Source: Trichoplax adhaerens (Eukaryota; Animalia; Placozoa). Taken from it: DNA of 64,000 nucleotides. The position numbers were made by a program, and so were the translations under genes. The notes beneath the pieces were generated by a model, which made no database searches, had not been told where the DNA came from, and saw only the letters and a program-made list of their open reading frames with translations. Of this stretch, positions 14,701 to 28,139 are shown piece after piece (position 1 is the stretch's first letter; the number at the start of each line of letters is the position of its first letter). The stretch spans positions 3,554,008-3,618,007 of the forward strand of contig NW_002060943.1 of NCBI RefSeq assembly GCF_000150275.1. The letters are read 5' to 3'.

Positions 14701-15710
14701 CTAAAATATGTTTTGAGCTGTACAAGAAATTTTGGCTAGCACTAAATGCACCAAATAACATTACAATAAGTTGTTTAAAGAAGGGAGACTTTTATTACAC
14801 GTGGATTTAATCAATCTAATTTTATATTAAAATTAATGTCTAGTACCGTATTTTTGTCATCAGTTTAGCATTTCTCTATCTCTCTCCATACCTATATTTA
14901 GTAAGAATAAAACATCTACCGCTGATTTACAAAGAAATGAAAAAGTCAGTTAGAATGATTGCCACGGATAGCTATATTTCAAGTTTGGACTAAATTAATA
15001 TATTAATAGCCCTATTGCAGATTTATTTATAAATAAGTTAGACTAATCGATTTTGTTAGCTACTAGTAACAAATTTTTTAAATATTAATTCAATTCTTCT
15101 GAGAATATGGCATCTTGTAGCAACATATGATTTAATGTTGTCGTTGTTGACATCAGCACCTTGTAAAATCAATCATATTTATTTTTATAGCTTGTTGAAA
15201 AGATCGTCTAATCTGAGATAGAATAGTTCGTGTAGATATAAAGACTTCATTAACGATATTTTGGTGGCTCATAACAATACAAATATGCAAAATAGAGTTA
15301 CTTGCACCGAGAACTATAACAAGCATTGAGTTATTGGCTCCTAAAACATATTGTCCGCATATGGCTTTAAATTACCGTCTAATTTAAATTCGTTCAAGTT
15401 TAATAAAGTCATGATGAAATTTTCCTTGTCGTCAACACCCCAGTATTAGTCATCTATAGTGCTGGATTACTGTTTTATATCTAGCATTACGTCGCTTTAG
15501 GCGATTTAATTTTTTCAGTGTAGTTTCTAGTCATGGGATTATTGTTATAAGAACGACTACCATTCCTTTTTTACAGTATTAATTCAGTGACAGGTCGCTA
15601 CAGAATAATTAAATTAATTTATTACCTTACCTGTAAAAAATAGTATAGAGTGTAGGTGGAAATTAAAAAGTGGATAGAATAGACATCGACATCACCAAAA
15701 ATCATCAAAA

Positions 15711-18700
15711 ATGCCAATATCCAAATTGGTTATCTTATTATATATTCTTATATTTGTTTCCGCTGAGGAAATCCCAATCGTAAAAGTAAATCATAACGTC
15801 ATTAAAATTGGTAAGCCTAATAAAATAGGAAGTTTATGACATGAATGATATTATAGTTACTTATTGGTGCTAGGTGTCTACGTTAATTCTTCGATAACTA
15901 ATAACCAACTTCCTAACCAACAGCTAATCAGAGTAAATTTAATTACGAGTGAAATGGTAACTTATTTTAAATCAAGGCAGTATTTTTAGCATAACGGCGA
16001 TATTATACTTATTGTTTATGATCGATAACTTGATTATTGTTTAATATTTTCCATTAGTGAGCTGCACTAATAAGATTTCAAAATTAAAGCTAGTTAGATC
16101 CTGCTATCATCGTTCAATACTTTTCTGCAGTGGACTGAATTAATAAGATTTCAGTATTAAATTATAGCTACTCGAAATCTGAATACTGATATTTACTTCT
16201 TGGAAGCGATAGTAAAGAATGAGTAACTTTTATAGTAAAACCACTAAAAGTTAAGTTGCGTGATTGTTCGCTAAACATTTACTGTAATAGTAGAGGATCT
16301 ACCATTTGACTTATGGTATAATTTTATTACGCGGAGTATTCGATTTAATATGATACCTGGTGCCAGTTACTAAAAATTTTTTTCATTCGATCTATAGTAT
16401 CTACTGACTAACTCATAACAAAGAAATTACGTAGCTGTAACTGTTAAATTTTATCTTAACTATGCTGATTATTGACGTATTATTGAATTAATCGGTGGCA
16501 ATAATGTCTATAATTATAATTTTAAGCTCAAATAGTGCAACTATTAGTTTCATTAGCTTACGTAAGATGTGAAGAAGAATTCGAATTGCTGGATGCAAAG
16601 TCGAATTATAATTTTTTAATCATCTTTAGGCGTATTTATGGAAAAATCATCAATTGAGGGACGAACCGTTAGAGAAACCATTGATTTTATCAACAAAAAT
16701 AAAGTTTATCCATTACAGAATGCTACACTAACGCCAGTCTTTCAGGCTATCGACAAAGACAGCCCTTACGTAGTATCTCGGCAAGGTTAGTGCAGCCTCT
16801 AAGATGGAATTTTATTTTATTTAACTATAGTATAACTTTGCACAATAAATCTTGAACAGTAAGTGCAATGTATTTTCGTATAACTCAGATGAAATTATAT
16901 TAAATGTCAGTATTTTGGATACTTTCTAACTGCATCTAGAACGTGAAATAGATTTGTACTAAAAAATTCTGAATTACCCTTTTTTTCTACTGTTATTAAG
17001 TTTTTATGATCGATTATTTTAGTGTGCCAATTTATAGAAAATGGTATTGTAGCTATTATTGGATCGTTAAGAAATCCTCAATCAATGGCTATAGCGGAAT
17101 CTATTTTTTATCATTATACAATTCCCCATTTAGCTGTCAATTCAGTATTGCATTCTAAATATATTGGTAGCGAATCTTATAGTTTCCACCTGAAGCCATC
17201 AAAGTTAGCGGAGTTGGAAAAAATCTTTACCATTTTAGAAATTCACGAATATCGTCGGATTGCAGTTCTATACGATCAAACGTGTGGTTAGTTTGTCGTC
17301 CAGTTTATTATTACGATAAGCAAAAATTTAAGGGATTAAGCTACTTGCAGTCAATGTAGTTATGCACCATGAAACTTGTTAAGCTTAACTAATTTTTCCT
17401 TTTAGATAGCGGAGAGTTGGTGAGTGTGTTACAGTTAGCACACCGCAGAGAAGTTAATGTTCAACTAGAAGAAATGTCTGATTGGAATTATACGACAAAA
17501 TCCGTTGCTATCTCAATTATAATTAATCGCATTAATCGCGCTGATATTAGAGTTGCTTATTTATGTGTAGATCGTACCCTCATTGATGATATTGTTACAT
17601 ACGTAAGTAATTTTAATATTTAAGTAAAATAATCAGTTTTTTTTGTTATTTAGGTATACCTAAGGGTAGATTTAATTATGTCACATACGTGTATTCGTTC
17701 AATGAAATCACCATTCATTACATGATTTTACGTGAGAAATAGTAATGCGTAAAATTACTGGTTTAACTCATTATTAAACATGCAACAGGTTGTACGGCAA
17801 GACATGCATACTTTCAAACATACTTGGATTATTAAAGACGAGGTTAATTCCTATCAATTGTTTATACAATTAAGATTATTTCACTATAAATTGTTCTCTA
17901 ATCTAAAAACTAACTTTGCCCATCGCATAAGCTTAGCAACTAATCTCTTTATTAGTTAATGTAGCGTTTGGAATGCATTTAATTGTTAATACTGTATTAC
18001 GAATAACTTCAGGTATTTCAGGATGCAGAAGACGATTTTGCTAGCTTAAAGAGGTTATATAGTATAGGTTACAGCCCAGATACCAAGATGGAACAGAAGT
18101 GGAAAAATGTTAGAGTAATGAAAGAATTTTCGTTTATGTTTTTATTTTATTTAATGTAATTATTTCCTGATTATAGTACTCGTATAGGCATATATTGCAA
18201 TTTAAATTCCTAGTGGTTTTAAATTAAAAAGCGAATTACAAGTGTATCTTTACATAATATACTGCTGATACTTTATGATTTAATGCACAATGGTATTCTC
18301 TTATTTCGGATTTCCTTCCACTTAGGTTGAACAAGCTATCTCGTATGATGCGGTCCACATTATTGCAAAAGCTATCAGTTCGACTATCCAATTAAATCAA
18401 TTTCGTCATCAGAAAATTAATTGCAATCGTCATCCACTAATTCCATTGACATCCGGTCATGCTATTATGAGGCAGGTTAAAAAGGTGAATATAAAATGAG
18501 TCAATGGGCACACAGCAGCTTGTAAGAAGTTTGCTTTAAAAGCTTATTAATTATTAATTCAAGCTGATTATTGACTATCACAGCTTTATTTCTCTGGAGC
18601 TACGGGTAAAATTGAATTTAATGACCGCGGAGAAAGATTGCATTGGAATCCTAAAATACATGATGTTCATAGTCGAATGAAGCAATCTTCGGTAATTTCA

Positions 18701-21700
18701 AATTAAATCCTTGTATATTCAATTAAACGATATAGTACATTCAAAGATTCACACCAGTTGTCGAAATACGTAGTAACAGTGATCTCGCCTGTTATTTACG
18801 ATCTTGAACGCTTCATACAGATTTCAAAGCGTGAGAAGCGAAGTGTACTTGCGGCTTCCGAAAGTAATGATAATGGTGAATCTTCGAATCCTTTAAGTCC
18901 GCAAAATTTACAGTTTATGGCCAATGAAACTTTGCGAATTACCACAGTGATAGTGAGTATAACGTACGATCTGCTATCATGCCGTGATTGATATCGATAA
19001 CGGGTTTTATTTACTTTGCTAATGAATTCAAATTTTAAATTCGATAATTAATTTAATAGGATATAACTACCTCCTCAGATATTAGTTTGAATATGAGTGA
19101 AACTTTTTGTAAGCATTTGGCACAAATTCATAATTACATTATTTGTCCTCTAGTTCGCGTTACTATTTTTAAGCTATGAACGCACCTCATATTGGTAGGC
19201 AGTTGTTTAAAATATGATGCACTACTCGTATTATGGCTGGAGTTGTTTCTTAAACTTGTTAGTATTACTTTACAGTATACTGAATGTTATTATTTGCCTT
19301 GCTAGTGAACTCAAATTTGGATTGTGATAATTAATTTTAATAAGATGTAATTACCTTTCAGATGTCAGTTCAATATAAGTGAAATCTGTTTCGTAAGCAT
19401 TTGACATAAATTATAATTATAGTGTGCTCTAGCCCATGATACTAGTTTTGATCCATGAAGAGCATATATCGTAAGGCACCACATATTTATTTTTAGGCCC
19501 ATTGATTTTAAAACATGGTACGGTACTGTTTCATTACCAGTGTTGTCTATTTGATCTGGTGTTATTGCATAAGGGACAACAGAATCTATTAATTTTGTTG
19601 AGCATGAATAATTTTACCAACATATAAGAGAAAATCTATCGTACATACTCTAAAAATCAATATTTACTATTTCAGTAATCAAATAGAGTTTCAATTCATT
19701 CTGATCATGAGTATATTTCTGTTTTAACTGTTTCCTTTCTCCTTAAGTACTTATTTGTGAATATCGTTTAGGATGCACCGTTTATTATGTACAAACCAGA
19801 AAATCAAAGAGGGCCTGGAATCGATGCATTCGAAGGCTATTGCATTGACTTATTAAAATTATTAGTTGCAGAACTAGGCTTCAACTTTACCATTAGTTTA
19901 GAACCTAGTAATATCTTTGGAGAGTTATTAGAAGACGGCAACTGGGACGGTATGGTTGGCCAGTTAGCACGAAGGGTACATAAATTTAAAATCAGTGATC
20001 GCTTCCATTTAATTTTTCTCTCTTAATGATTATCTATCATATCTTAGAATATTACACCAAGGACCTAGTAAATTTGATTGCATTAACAAATTGTAATTCC
20101 TATACTAAAATAACTATTCTTGTATTTCATTTGAATAGGAAATGGATATAGCAATAGCTCCATTATCTATTACGTCGTTTAGACAAAGTGTAATTGATTT
20201 TACTAAACCGTTTATGCAGTCAGGATTGCAATTATTAATTTCGAAGCCCAATCGAAATGCGGATTTTTTCGCTTTTTTAAGACCATTCTCACCGCTTGTC
20301 TGGATTTTGATTGCTTTAGCTTTAATTTTTGTCGGCGTAGTGATGTATTTATTAGATCAATATAGTCCGGTCGATCTTGATTATGGTAATTGCTTCCCTG
20401 GCTTGAGATCTCGTTTTGGTAGTAGTAAAAAGAAAACTCGACTTAAGAAAGTTCTACCTCGTAATGCTTTACCCCGTGTTAAATTTAACTTAGCGAACAG
20501 TTTCTGGTTTGCAATTGGTTCTTATTTACAGCAAGGAGTTGAAGCTTATCCTCGATCTATTTCTGGAAGATTATTAGCTACATTTTATTGGTTTTTCGTT
20601 ATGGTTATGGTTGCATCTTATACAGCGAATATGGCTGCTTTTTTGACCACTTCTAATTTAGCTGTTCCTGTATCTTCAGTCCAAGATTTAACTAAGCAAA
20701 GCGCCATCGATTATGGAACAGTGATTGATAGCGAAGCCATGGATTTTTTAAAATCATCGACCGAAACAGTCTACAGAAACGCTTGGTCTCATATTTTAGA
20801 AAATAGCAAGACTTCTTTACTTAATTCATCACTTGTTGGTATAAACAAAGTCAGGCGAAGTAAAGGGAAATATGCATTTATTTGGTATTATCCTGAACTA
20901 GAATATGCAGCATTGCGAAAACCTTGCGATGTTATGGTAGTTGGTTCAAAATTTGATCTACGCGGCTTTGGTATTGGTAAGTCTGATATCAATAGCCAAA
21001 AGTACGAACGATTGCTTTAATTGTTAGATAATCGTGATACAAATTATCCATCTTTATTTAGCTAAGAAGTATACTGATACTATATAGTATTGAATTAGTA
21101 CTTAAGGTTTTATATTATTATGCTATTCACAGGGTGCAGTAAAGAATTTATTATTACAATAGTTACTCTAATATTTCCTATTTTAGCAATTGTAAGGTAT
21201 TAGTAATTGACTAGATTATGAACGTGAAAAATTCCTGTCTAGCACTTCCTTGGTTAAGGAAATATTGCTTGAATGAGATTGCTACTATTAGCACTTAAAA
21301 AGTCGTATACGGTTATGTAATTTAGCTAAAAAAATAGTGCTAAATTATAAAAGAATTTTTCGATATTGATGACTTTAACATTTCCTGCTTTAGCAGTTTC
21401 AAATGTATCAATAATTGACCTGGTAGTTTATCTGATAGTACCCTTTCTAGCAAATACTATATAGTCCCGTATCTGTTGCTTACGTATCGTATTTGTTAGG
21501 CATTGTATATGACAAAGTATGCAATAACTTTCTAAATATTATGCCATAAATGAAGTTTACGAAATTTTAGTAGTACTAAAGACGGTGTTCTCTACTCTGT
21601 CGATAAAATTAATAATCGTTAACTGAATTGTCGATGAGGTAATTTCTGCTTACAAGTTTCACACATATGTCGAGATTGTCGACATGTAGGTAGTTAGCAA

Positions 21701-22691
21701 AACGCTGCTATTCCAAGTCATGAATATTTATTAACTAGTAAATCAGCACGTAACATACTTTATGATGATAATTAATTATTTAAATTGCTAGATCATGTAT
21801 GAAGTTGCAAACTCCTAGACATTATTACTCTAGCGATTTTTTCTAATTAATAATTAAGAGCAATAGCTTAGGAAGTTGATGTGATAAATTTTTGTATAGC
21901 TAGTTCATAATTGTATAGATAAGTGTACTAATTGCTATGGCAGATTCAAAGCACTTTAAGATTGCGTACTTACAATCATCAGGTTTACAGAAAAACTCTC
22001 CATATAGAGATGTCTTTACCTTAGCTGCCTTAAAATTGCAAGAAAGAGGAGAGACAGAAAAGCTGCGAGCAAAATGGTGGGATCAGCAGACTCAGTGCCC
22101 TCCTTCAACGTCTTCTGCAGCTGATGCAGTTGAATTGGGGGTCAACAATGTAGCTGGTATCTTCATGGTTCTTGGTGGTGCTTTGATGTTGGCTACCATC
22201 CTTCTGATCATTGAACTCTTCATGTTTAAATTTTGCGTATCTCGTGCCAGTAGCAAACGAACCATGAGACAGGTTTGTTTAGATAGATACTTCAAATAAA
22301 TTAGCACTTCGTTTCGAATATCATATGACCATCAAGGTGATTTCCCATATTGATCTACAATTTTCTATTACAGAGAAATGGAAACTTGATTAATGCAGAA
22401 ATGGGTGAAAATAAATTAGAATTTACTTCTAGAAAAGTCAGCTCTGGTAATATAAATGCTCTTGATATACCCAGAGCGACGACAACAGTTCCTGCAAGTA
22501 CAGTTCATGATAACCAGGGTTACATAAGCAATGAAATACAAACAGAAGACAACCAACATATACAAATCGACCAGCGATCACCTACTCAAGCTGACTCACC
22601 ATCGACCCAGACAGACACGACTAATTCAGACACACAAAACCACGGTATTAGTCCTACTAATAATAACAATTGCACTTTTAGGCAAAACTAA
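15711..22691 (+). CDS. Ionotropic glutamate receptor family subunit (non-NMDA; AKDF- or Epsilon-type), spliced
   Basis: In-frame GT-AG exons: 15711-15810 (signal peptide MPISKLVILLYILIFVSA), 16630-16785, 17023-17286, 17406-17602, 17789-17842, ~18013-18108, 18326-18484, 18584-18691 (SGATGKIEFNDRGER, ATD), 18821-18952, 19772-19975 (EGYCIDLL..GNWDGMVG), 20139-20976 (PLSITSFRQSVIDFTKPF, M1, M2 SYLQQG, M3 SYTANMAAF, S2), 21983-22272 (KWW..C, M4) and 22374-22691 (C-tail). Boundaries of the 18.0 kb exon are less certain. Confidence 0.93.
19047..19480. repeat. Two diverged ~150-bp direct copies within an iGluR intron
   Basis: TAATTTAATAGGATATAACTACCTCCTCAGAT..GTAAGCATTTGGCACAAATT near 19050 versus TAATTTTAATAAGATGTAATTACCTTTCAGAT..GTAAGCATTTGACATAAATT near 19332. 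Confidence 0.65.
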
Positions 22692-24101
22692 GACAGCTAT
22701 ATCTTTTTGATAATTTATTCAATATGCACGTATATTACATAGATAACCAGAAATTCGATTTCATATAGGTTATATTTGGTAAATTTTTTCATATTAATTT
22801 TAATGTAAATATAGTTTAATGTTTTACTGGAATATGTGCGTAAAGTACCGTACGGAATACATTGATACTGGACTACTTTTAACTTACGGTAGTAGTTTAT
22901 TCATAACACTTGGTTCTAATGGATTTTTATTCCGTATTTATATGTATCTTCTAGCTTGTCATTCGTAATATTTTATATTTACGATATTTGCTTAACTTAA
23001 AATTTTTCATGAAATGTATCGACTATATATGACACATCCGTATCCGTAGATAAATGCAGGTGAAAAGGCAGATTGTTGAAACTGCATTGTCTCTGCTTTT
23101 AGTTCATATCATTCGATCAACTTAACGTAATACAGGAGGTTTTTAACTTGAATTTGCTCTAATTCTAATATTAGTAACATTCAGCGTAGTAGTTAGGATG
23201 CGGTGGTTTCACGTAATTTATGCTCTTATAAAATTGATTGTTAGTTAACAAACGGTAGAAACAGCTTTCTCATGCTACCAGAGTATTGGTGATAAGACAG
23301 TCATAGTATACTAAATATTAAAGAGTATCGTTATAAAGTAGTAAACGCCATGAATCGTTTATTCAATTTCATAGGCAGATATTATTTAACCACGGTCTCT
23401 TAAATCATATTTAGGTAATGCTTTATTTGAATAAGGAAGATATATACAACCAAGCTCCTGTACCAAGGGCAGAGGAAAAACCAATCATTAAGAAAATATT
23501 GCAACTGAATTAATTTACAACTTATAATCTTGTCTTACTGTAAAATGTGGCACTGTACAGTATTTATAATGATGAATATATTAACGGTATTTAACATTAG
23601 GAATGTAGAAAGAAAGATATAATAAGGCGTTCAAAATTTAATTTAAATTTTCTTCTTTTCTTCATGAAAGGAAGAAGGCCGTAGCTGTAACTTTGCAAAC
23701 TGCTTTTAAAATAAAAAAATAATGTTCACAATGATATCTTACATTACCCCGATATGCTTATTAAAATATTCGCATTCAATTCACAGAATTACGTTTCCTT
23801 TAAGCTTTTGCGATAAAGCGTGAAAATGTACAATTGCGTCTTCAAGGTAGTATTTACGATTAAGAGTATATCATTACCGAATGACATTTCCAAAAATAGG
23901 CGCATCAATTACATCTTTTTCTTAATTCAAATAGTTTATGAATATAGCATTTTGTGTACTATGTATAATGTTAAATTTAGTGCACATAAACGAAATATAA
24001 TGCAGCTTGAAGTGGTAAAGGTAGCTTCTATGATCCTAGTTAAGCATGTCCGTCATAGTGTTTGACACCTGAAGACTGATAAATCGCGTATCCATTTTAT
24101 C

Positions 24102-27100
24102 CTACTTCTTGGAACTGCTGCGAATAGACTGCCATTTGCTCACTAAGGAAGCCATATTTTTCTTTTTAAACGATATGGATGAACTAGTAAATTTTTTCTT
24201 CGCCTTTAACAAGGATAATAATTGATGCTATCAATTGATCGAATTAAAGATCAATAAAGCCAGTGAAGAACAGTAATAAGAAATGCACGTTACACGTACT
24301 TTTTTCTTCGGCGCTACCGGCGATTCAGTACGTTTCTGAAATTGAAAGTAACACTATTAATATGAGATAACAGTTACGATAAATAGCTGCTCCATTTATA
24401 AGTAAACTTAGTATGGTTTAATTTAAGGATCAAAAGCTTCAGCTTGGCCTGTTTAATGGAAAGATAGGATAAGCAAGTTGATTGATACTAACGCTTTCGT
24501 CGGTATTGACATTTGTAGTGTCTTCAGAATCGGGCGGAAGGCTGTCATGTACGCTATCTGACACATCCTTGGTACTATACAACAAAGTGAATACAAAATT
24601 AATCTCACGCTGTGACTAAAAATTTATCATCGAAATATGTGTTATCTTTTATTAGTACTTGTAAGTCTCTTCTGTTACGGTAGTCTCGCTTGACGGCGGG
24701 CTGTCGATAATTTCACCTTCTTCAACTGTAATTGCGTTGTACAGTATCAGTTATACAATCTGTTAAGTTGACAACATCGTTCACTTTGTTATTTTAACTA
24801 TAAATTTTCACTCATGCTATATACCACTCGAAATGTCAGGAGTGTGGGGGGTGCATTCTTGGCTATCGTCAGGATGCTGATCTGCAGCTTCTAAACCAGG
24901 TTCTTCCTCGACTATCTCTTGTCTACATTAGAATACCAGTGACTTCTTGTAAGCAATTGCATCGTTCAATATAGGGCTCATAATATTATATTAAATTGCT
25001 GTTGGATATATCCGTTATGTTAAACTATTCAAATAATAAACCGTAAAAGAGGTAATACGTAAAAAGTTTACTTTTCTAGATTTTCCGGACTTTCGATCGA
25101 ATCTTCTAAAGAATTTATGCTGTCTAAATCGTAAGGTTTATGGAAGGATTTTTCGGTTTCTAAAATTCTCTCCAGAAAATATTTACCATTTAATACACCC
25201 TTTTGCCAATCGTTGAAACGTATCTGCATAACACAATTATCAATGATTTTATATCAGTGCTTGCAGTCTGCCTTCGTCTATTACATTAACCAATAGAAAA
25301 TGTCGCAAAAAGCATTTTAATGCAGTTGAAAGGGCGTGTTAAATTTTCTTAAAGCTACAGCACCTCTAATTGAATTAGAGCTATTTGAGCATCAGATATG
25401 GATAGTTTTTGCACACCCATTACATCTAGCTTTTGTCGAAGTCGTAAGGATGCTTCTATTATGTCATCCTAGAGTACCATTAATCATTTAAATGTTATAA
25501 TTAATTCGCTATATTGTGCAATAATACTTTTGTAATCATGCGAGCAAAACATACGAAGAAGTTGTGGTGAAACTTACTGTTATTTTATCACTTGATAGAC
25601 CCTTGTCAGAATGAGATTCTTCGCACGCTTCTATATGTCGCTTTTTAGCATCATTTTCCAACGTTACCGTATTATTATCAGGAATTGGGCGCTTCTTTCT
25701 TGCTTGATCAATTTCACTTTCTTTGTTTACATTATTTTCTAAAATGTCAGTGAAAGACGGCGCAACTCATAATGGGTCATATTATGTACATACATTATTA
25801 ATTAAGTTATTTTTATATAGAATTCATGCGAAACGCATCCTAATCGATTAGCTACAGTTATTAAAGAGTTAGTTATTTTTAACTGTTAAAAACCTAGTAC
25901 AACTTATGTTATCAGTTGGTTCATTACGTGCGCATAATAAGGAATATTAATATATAGGTGTCATAAGAATTACCAGCCAACATGTACTTCCTAATTATTA
26001 AGTATTGATGTATTAGTTTAAATTACGGATAAATGATTAAATTCTTACCATTTGTTGTTTCTTCTATACCGGTAATTTCATCACTATCAGAAATAGTAGC
26101 TTTTATATCGTCAGCGTGATCTTGATAAAGCTGTGACAACGCGGATTGTACTTTGGCGTTTTCAGGTAGAACCCATGAAACTTTATTATTTTCAGTATTC
26201 CAGTAGTAGACACTATTGGAATTCTGATCGTAACATTCTAACCATATAGCTTTATCATCAGTCTTGTCAAGGCTTCGGAAAGATGTAGATATAATTTCAG
26301 TCGATTTAGGTGGCTGCGTGGCCCTGAGATTTTGATCATCACTGGTATCTTGCTCCATTGCATCTATTTCCTAAGAATATCAATAAGATATTATCATTAT
26401 ATTGCAGTCCTCATTTTTAATGAGCTAAATGATTTACAAATATACTTAGGGTAATTTTTGTGATCTTGATTAACAAACAATTCTAATAGTTCCTTACTTC
26501 AACAAAAACTTTATAGTCTTTCTATGACAACATCGATCAAATTGTATTGTTTTGTTCGTTCACGTATCACAAAAGATTATTCTATTGCTACTAGCGTGAA
26601 ATCTTGCGCTTAAGATGTTGCTTGTTCATGTTAAAGTTATATTGATTAACGTTCTAATGCTATTATTGGGTTAGTTTATTACAGCGAATGAGATACTCTT
26701 ATATTGATCAAGATCATTGGCGTACAAATATATTATATTATAGTACTTTGCTTTTACAGTTAGCAGAATAACATGACTGTTGGGTGAGATAACGTAATAA
26801 GTTTTCAGAATGAATATCAACATTAGCTAAGACTACTCTTCTAGTTAGGCAAAATGCATTACTATATTAGTTTATAAAATGCGCGACTTACAAGCATAAA
26901 GCTGGCAACTTCTTGTGCAATTTGATCTTTACGCTCCGGCTGCTTGATAAGGGGCTTCTTATTGCTTGATTTTACCTCTATGCATAAGATGCATAATAAA
27001 CGACGATGAGTGATGACGAAAGTGCATTTCAATTACTGATAAACTTGTCCAGTAATTTGATCGAAAACGCCTGTAGTCTTTGCTATAGACCAATATGCCC

Positions 27101-27837
27101 GTGTACTTACTAAAAAGTTATCATGTAATATAGGACTACAACTGTATATCATCATCATTCAGTTCATGTATTTAGTAGTGCAAAGTACAACGTTTAGTAT
27201 TTTAGTGCAGGCTGAACGTCATTACTCCAATTTATACCAAGCTCTCTCAATATGGTTGCAATTACCTTGATTACAATTTAGAAATAGTAGTGATATTATG
27301 CATAGTTACCTTCATCACTGTCTTCATAGCTAACAAGACCGGCAATATTGGTTTCTTCTATCTCTAAGGTTGCATCCATAGCAGATATTGATGAATTGGC
27401 TGTGTGATATATATGGTAGATATCAATTAGTGATTGATTTTATCCCACCTTAGGATGTATCTATCATCTCAAATCGAACTTGTTGACTTGTACAAGTACT
27501 TCATTTCTACGAATGTATTGATAGTAATGGTATTGCATATTTAATTGATCATGGATAGTGGAGTGCTATACTGTATCGTCAACAAAGAGAAATAGAGCTC
27601 GCCATTGATTACTACTGGTGAAGGTGTCACGATCACAATTCATTGTCATGCGAGAACATTAGTAGTAGGCTCCATTCATATGGTATTTATAATGACTGAA
27701 TAGTGACTATTGGTCGTATTATATGGGGCATCATTAAATTTCAATACTGACAACTACAACTAACCATCGATCTTGTCTGATCCGGGATCTAGCTGCAAAA
27801 TCTTTCTACGATTGCTTTTATATTGGCGTTTTTGCAT
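24102..27837 (-). CDS. FNBP4: Formin-binding protein 4 orthologue (WW-domain protein), spliced
   Basis: Exons 27765-27837 (MQKRQYKSNRRKILQL, cf. FNBP4 RRPILQL), 27310-27399 (GLVSYEDSDE), 26892-26977 plus 26049-26370 (VASFML|EIDAM, cf. LANFLAEIDAI; WW domain W..YYWN..SW..P). Exons near 25.07-25.47 kb encode KLDVMGVQKLSISDAQIALIQLE|IRFNDWQKGVLNGKYF (cf. TRIADWREGALNGNYL). The last exon 24102-24203 encodes MASLVSKWQSIR (cf. MPSLVKKWQSIQ). Several small middle exons are approximate. Confidence 0.85.
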
Positions 27838-28139
27838 CTTTATCCGCCTTAATCCGTCGTCTTGTAGGTAGAAATGATTCAATATTCTTGCATTCACTTG
27901 TTATTATTGTACCAAGTAATTTGTTCTGTACAATCTACAGTAATCAGTAGCCTATCCAGTATAACCATGCTTTGGATGAATTAACTACAAGCAGGAATGA
28001 AGTCCACTTTTTCTAGGTCGGATTGGAAATACAATGGAATAGCAGATATTGCATTGGATGTTGGTGAGTGATGACGATTCCAATTGGATAATTTGACCAC
28101 TTTGACCACCGGTAGTCGCTGGATGTTTCTCACAAGTTG

